36,623 nt of DNA, from contig JAUCBJ010000247.1 in the NCBI GenBank assembly GCA_032718475.1, positions 1-36,623 on the forward strand. Direction: 5' to 3'. Source of the DNA: Nemertoderma westbladi (Eukaryota; Animalia; Xenacoelomorpha). The position numbers and the translations under genes were made by a program. Positions 35,001 through 36,623 of this stretch are shown here, one piece after another. A model generated the notes under the pieces. The model made no database searches. It saw only the letters and a list, made by a program, of their open reading frames with translations, and was not told the DNA's origin. Numbering within the stretch: the first letter of the stretch is position 1; the number at the start of each line of letters is the position of its first letter.

Positions 35001-36623
35001 CTAGCAGTATAGATGCGTGTAGGCTCCACACCTTGCGCATGTAATACTTCAGACCTAACAGGTTGACACAATGTTACAGGGGGTATTGGTATGCCCTTTT
35101 GTATATTGACTAATTTATCGCGTTCTAGTGCGATACTTTGCTGCACTTCTTGTAATTCTGCCCTACTTTCTCTTACCGTTCCCTTAAGCTGGTGGACAGT
35201 CTCCTGCATCTGTCCGAGCAGGAGGTTCATCCCCCGCCGTCCCTCCTCTACCCACTCAACCGCCGAAGCGGGAGTCGCCAACATTGTAGCGGGTTGACGC
35301 GGGACGACGGGAGACAAATCTTTGATTCCTCTCTCAATGCTCAGGACAGGGGTATTTGCATGGACTGTTCCACCGGGTACAGGCAGTGTGGTACTATGTA
35401 AAGGGAATTTAGAGTTAAGCTCTGGAAGTGCAGGGGTCTCTAGCACAGAAGTGACTTTGGGAACGACAGGCCTAATTATTTCAGGTTCATCGACTATAGT
35501 AGGGAGTCTTTTGACCTGGATAAATTGTTCTATGGGTTCTGCACTACCTAAGTCTGTGCTAGTTAGCTGTCTTTTAACAGCTGGGGGCAAATCAGGCAAT
35601 TTGCGACGGTAAGATGTTTTTCTACGCCTACTTAGATGAGATCTATTTCCTCCGCCTTCAGGATCGGTGGTCTCGCCTTCCTCCGAGGATGTGTATCCCT
35701 GGCGCTTGGGAGTAGATTTTCTCATCATCTGCATTTGATTAGCAGTAAACTGTTTATTTATACTGTCTTGTGTCTCTTGCAGATTTTCCAACTCCAGTTG
35801 GATAGTCTCCTCAGAAGCTCTCCGTTCTGCTTCTGCCACTGCTGCTTTTCTTTCTGCTTCTGCTTCTGCCGCCTTTCTTTCGGCTTCTGCTTTTGCCGCC
35901 TTTCTTTCGGCTTCTGCTTCTGCCGCCTTTCTTTCTGCTTCTGCCGCCTTTCTTTCGGCTTCTGCTTTTGCCGTCTTTCTTTCGGCTTCAGCTTCTGCCG
36001 ACTTTCTTTCGGCTTCTGCTTCTGCCGCCTTTCTTTCGGCTTCTGCTTCTGCCGCCGCTGCTGCTGCCACCTTTCTTTTCTCTATCCGTTCTTTCTTTAC
36101 TTGTTCTTCTCGGACTCTAGTGAGGCGGAGTTTTTCATCACATTCAGCTTGGTTTGCAGCTAACATTTCGGCATCGATTGAGTCCAACACAAGCTTGGTT
36201 CCTTCACTATTAGGGGAAAGTCCAGACAGCCGTCTCCTCAACTCTTCGTCTCCTAGGAATCGCTGATAGTCGCACAGATAAATGTCGATAGCGTCTCTAG
36301 TTCGCGGTTTCTCGGCGGTCTCTTCGCTTTCCGCTTGAGAAAGGGTGACATCAGTTGGGTCTTTATAAGTTAGTCTCTCAGACAGCTGGGATTTCCACTG
36401 GTCCGTTTCTTGCACTTTGCGACCTACTCGCTGGAACCAAGTCTTAACAGAAACCTGCAGCGACGTGTCCTGTCTTCTTTTGGAAGTTTCCTCAAAGGCT
36501 GATAGGATTATTCTAATACGTAGGGTTCTTTCGCGTACTTGATAAAGCAGCTCTTCCTGCTCTTGAGGTCCTTGAGGTTGTCGAAACAGTTGTTCTTCTA
36601 ATCGCTCTAAGGAGCCGAAGAAC
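29066..36623 (-). CDS. BEL/Pao LTR retrotransposon gag-pol polyprotein, intact, 5' end outside the window (>2500 aa)
   Basis: Gag-like KFNGDEMKWLPF; three knuckles (CALC..H..C, CYNC..GH..C, CAKC..HH..LH) at about 33770-33965; protease LLDSGS near 33430; RT VRVVFDGS and YIDD (31940-31951); RNase H LHVFGDAS near 31405; integrase H-H-CxxC, GVDLFGP, SDKGTN, WERL. PR-RT-RH-IN order. I read the frame from 36416 to the window edge and found no stop codon. Confidence 0.95.
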   Translation of the reverse strand, partial: FFGSLERLEEQLFRQPQGPQEQEELLYQVRERTLRIRIILSAFEETSKRRQDTSLQVSVKTWFQRVGRKVQETDQWKSQLSERLTYKDPTDVTLSQAESEETAEKPRTRDAIDIYLCDYQRFLGDEELRRRLSGLSPNSEGTKLVLDSIDAEMLAANQAECDEKLRLTRVREEQVKKERIEKRKVAAAAAAEAEAERKAAEAEAERKSAEAEAERKTAKAEAERKAAEAERKAAEAEAERKAAKAEAERKAAEAEAERKAAVAEAERRASEETIQLELENLQETQDSINKQFTANQMQMMRKSTPKRQGYTSSEEGETTDPEGGGNRSHLSRRRKTSYRRKLPDLPPAVKRQLTSTDLGSAEPIEQFIQVKRLPTIVDEPEIIRPVVPKVTSVLETPALPELNSKFPLHSTTLPVPGGTVHANTPVLSIERGIKDLSPVVPRQPATMLATPASAVEWVEEGRRGMNLLLGQMQETVHQLKGTVRESRAELQEVQQSIALERDKLVNIQKGIPIPPVTLCQPVRSEVLHAQGVEPTRIYTASEVETPITNPIKGDYRPVINDIPYRPDNDPRNLYTDNSIINNTMAQESFTRQMARTEARQAVKVGEIVKFNGDEMKWLPFNEYYKDSIQNSVLSNGEKLRFLIKCLEGPPKLMALKFIGHPDGLRQVWDTLNIRYGNKDNIAKYLYAKLVAPRHFLSSGIIEFSDEIQEICRQLDWLGKSHEYQSSMVIGAVVSTLPKGGVCTRWDKKVLYMNEQQRRSPTMVDLMSFLDSEVKLQLIRQSREKTSENKVSEKPVSRRRIIPVCYTDDGESQASQEEDSEKDTAKSYYDNKTYKDVSKYKSRTSDRREQVTTTPPTSPKRIHGRKPEERTRVQNVNQVKVSNIKPKCALCDGPHRLSACAEFLKKSLVDRRTVLWNKRLCYNCLRSGHQRRTCYSDIKCAKCGAKHHILLHSEFERDKLSQVSEPELHVQFSDVNDTDQESEMEGFYTDEFSDANESCYLINTAVYRALTYEKDTNNEFPLTTFDKQPSWKAPASNVGIREFPVVQVRVHGLNKSYIVNALLDSGSTGTFIDQELAEDIFAGQPKFRTKLNMSGIMQVWKSTLTADYYVGVLSTPQDKLGTQGIRSVKMVAIKNFATTQADLYNWDEDESIQHLKIPRFQTDYPGVQILIGQNAHEALETLEKRPAQPQPLQTYAVRTRVGWYFTGPSRRTLEERMPQVRVDHVSDWSEESSEVDELTEGTPYSSDNDDTYQLFDEENTIDLLTENQTWKDQVNLCQLIHPSEPIAYNDELNDEIERCNARTRDELAVRFFTQELVEPNSYDKALSIEEERAKQIQETTTRFLKDQGWYEIGLPFRKREPRFINNRPLAEKRIAQLHRRLTANASAKEMYQTQLKKFITKGYAERVPEGTPVTERTYYLTHHYVPKPGKPHEVRVVFDGSALYMGQSLNSELLPGPNLLQSLLGILLRLRQYSIAFASDIEGMFLQVKALERDRDSLRFLWWPEGDLNQKPVEYWMTIQAFGIISSPSNACSVVRTTANDNRDSFSKEVIDNIKRNIYIDDNLRSLPSVEEAIAVAKGTVECLKRGGFRLTKFTSNSREFLEAIPVEDRGAKDLDLIKDDLPETKTLGLKWDTERDILFFQLKQRDNPVRAKRICLSILSTYFDPLGFISPVILIARSLVQQMWLENHSWDDPLKGELLKKWMKWEDSLPAIENFIISRAYFGHVLPTYSYQLHVFGDASDMGIGIVAYLRVETPDGIKVALVTSKALINNKLKVPRAELKAALYATAIGRNVTEQIDYPLEKTVYWTDALLVLEYLTNEVCQFSVFVTNRVAIILSRTKIDQWRHCPGTINPADIASRGATPQELIDTPDWLGGPDFLSKEEDEWPPHLTTAEIRQAKGAETVKPKTRASKSKLFKPTIDLSVLHVSGNDDLDPQSLAINKSVAEIRDRDWKSGIPDVSQGISPLLQRAMHHYSSWNRLCKAVTYLKRCFHHQYSRAKTTSDNAPLTSAQVHVIKNLPKYKLSDSFLKEKISHQEHEETNKQILRLLQCYEDSEKYFLLLRNPQMRLRDRFSSTMIDGLIRVGGRLTNAPLSFDTKFPILIRNLEVQIKMIVDVHSKLYHAGRERVLSEIRTRYYFDKPRRALNQVLRNCIPCRKAFSRPLTQREAELPRKRVSFYEPPFTNTGVDLFGPIEVYRARTIVKRWCVIFVCMTCRAIHLDMVNDLSTNSFVLSLRRQIARFGTSNTMRSDKGTNFIGANNEIQAYVKDWNQRQVDDQLRITASSWTFNAADAPWWGGSWERLIRSVKTTFHFIVPCRAYLTDELLRTLMEEIAAYLNERPLMPVSSSPDSLEALTPAHFLLKKPVAMLPRSEIADGDEYCRRTWQLMQLLSRRFADHFEKHYLPTLQLRTKWFAQQENVSAGDMVLIVDPDLPRKRWQTGRIIETHISEDGLVRSVELIVMRRNFKKPGIIFETQQLNRPVGRLCLLERDRELSGNYGRQETLPTTTSLIPQTSRDSQT
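35823..36070 (-). repeat. Coding 27-bp tandem repeat (KAAEAEAER)n in the gag N-terminal extension
   Basis: About 8-9 in-frame copies, one shortened to 21 bp, preceded by poly-Ala. Confidence 0.9.

Noticed and set aside
29193-36163. Antisense ORFs within gag-pol, including the 214-aa ORF and the Cys/Phe-rich 175-aa ORF
   Set aside because: They mirror the coding strand or the 27-bp repeat and have no independent support.
36413-36415. GTG at 36415 as the polyprotein start
   Set aside because: The frame remains open to the window edge, so the real start lies outside the window.

Overview
AT-rich eukaryotic (probably invertebrate animal) genomic window; no prokaryotic features and no CRISPR. 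It holds two convergent host genes. One is a two-exon geranylgeranyltransferase-I beta subunit gene (PGGT1B; + strand, 8807-9087 joined to 12076-12901, 368 aa). The other is an intronless 1230-aa TTC28-like TPR gene that lacks the usual CHAT domain (- strand, 14631-18323). Around them are three decayed LINEs (about 0.6-5.2 kb), tandem arrays with 22-, 21-, 5- and 14-bp units, several non-autonomous TIR elements (two with clear target-site duplications) and a HINE/DINE-like repeat carrying CTCF-like motifs. An intact BEL/Pao gag-pol ORF runs off the right edge; it appears to be inserted into an older LTR element that carries a decayed ~480-aa triple zinc-knuckle accessory ORF. The most striking hidden signal is a dense set of TA-[CAG/CTG/CCGG/GGCC/GGCCC/CATG]-TA micro-insertions resembling Tc1/mariner-type excision footprints. 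They demonstrably break a LINE reading frame, appear to have added Pro-Val-Pro-Val in frame to PGGT1B, and appear to form the core of the 22-bp satellite unit. All family calls come from motif recognition by eye; no searches were run.
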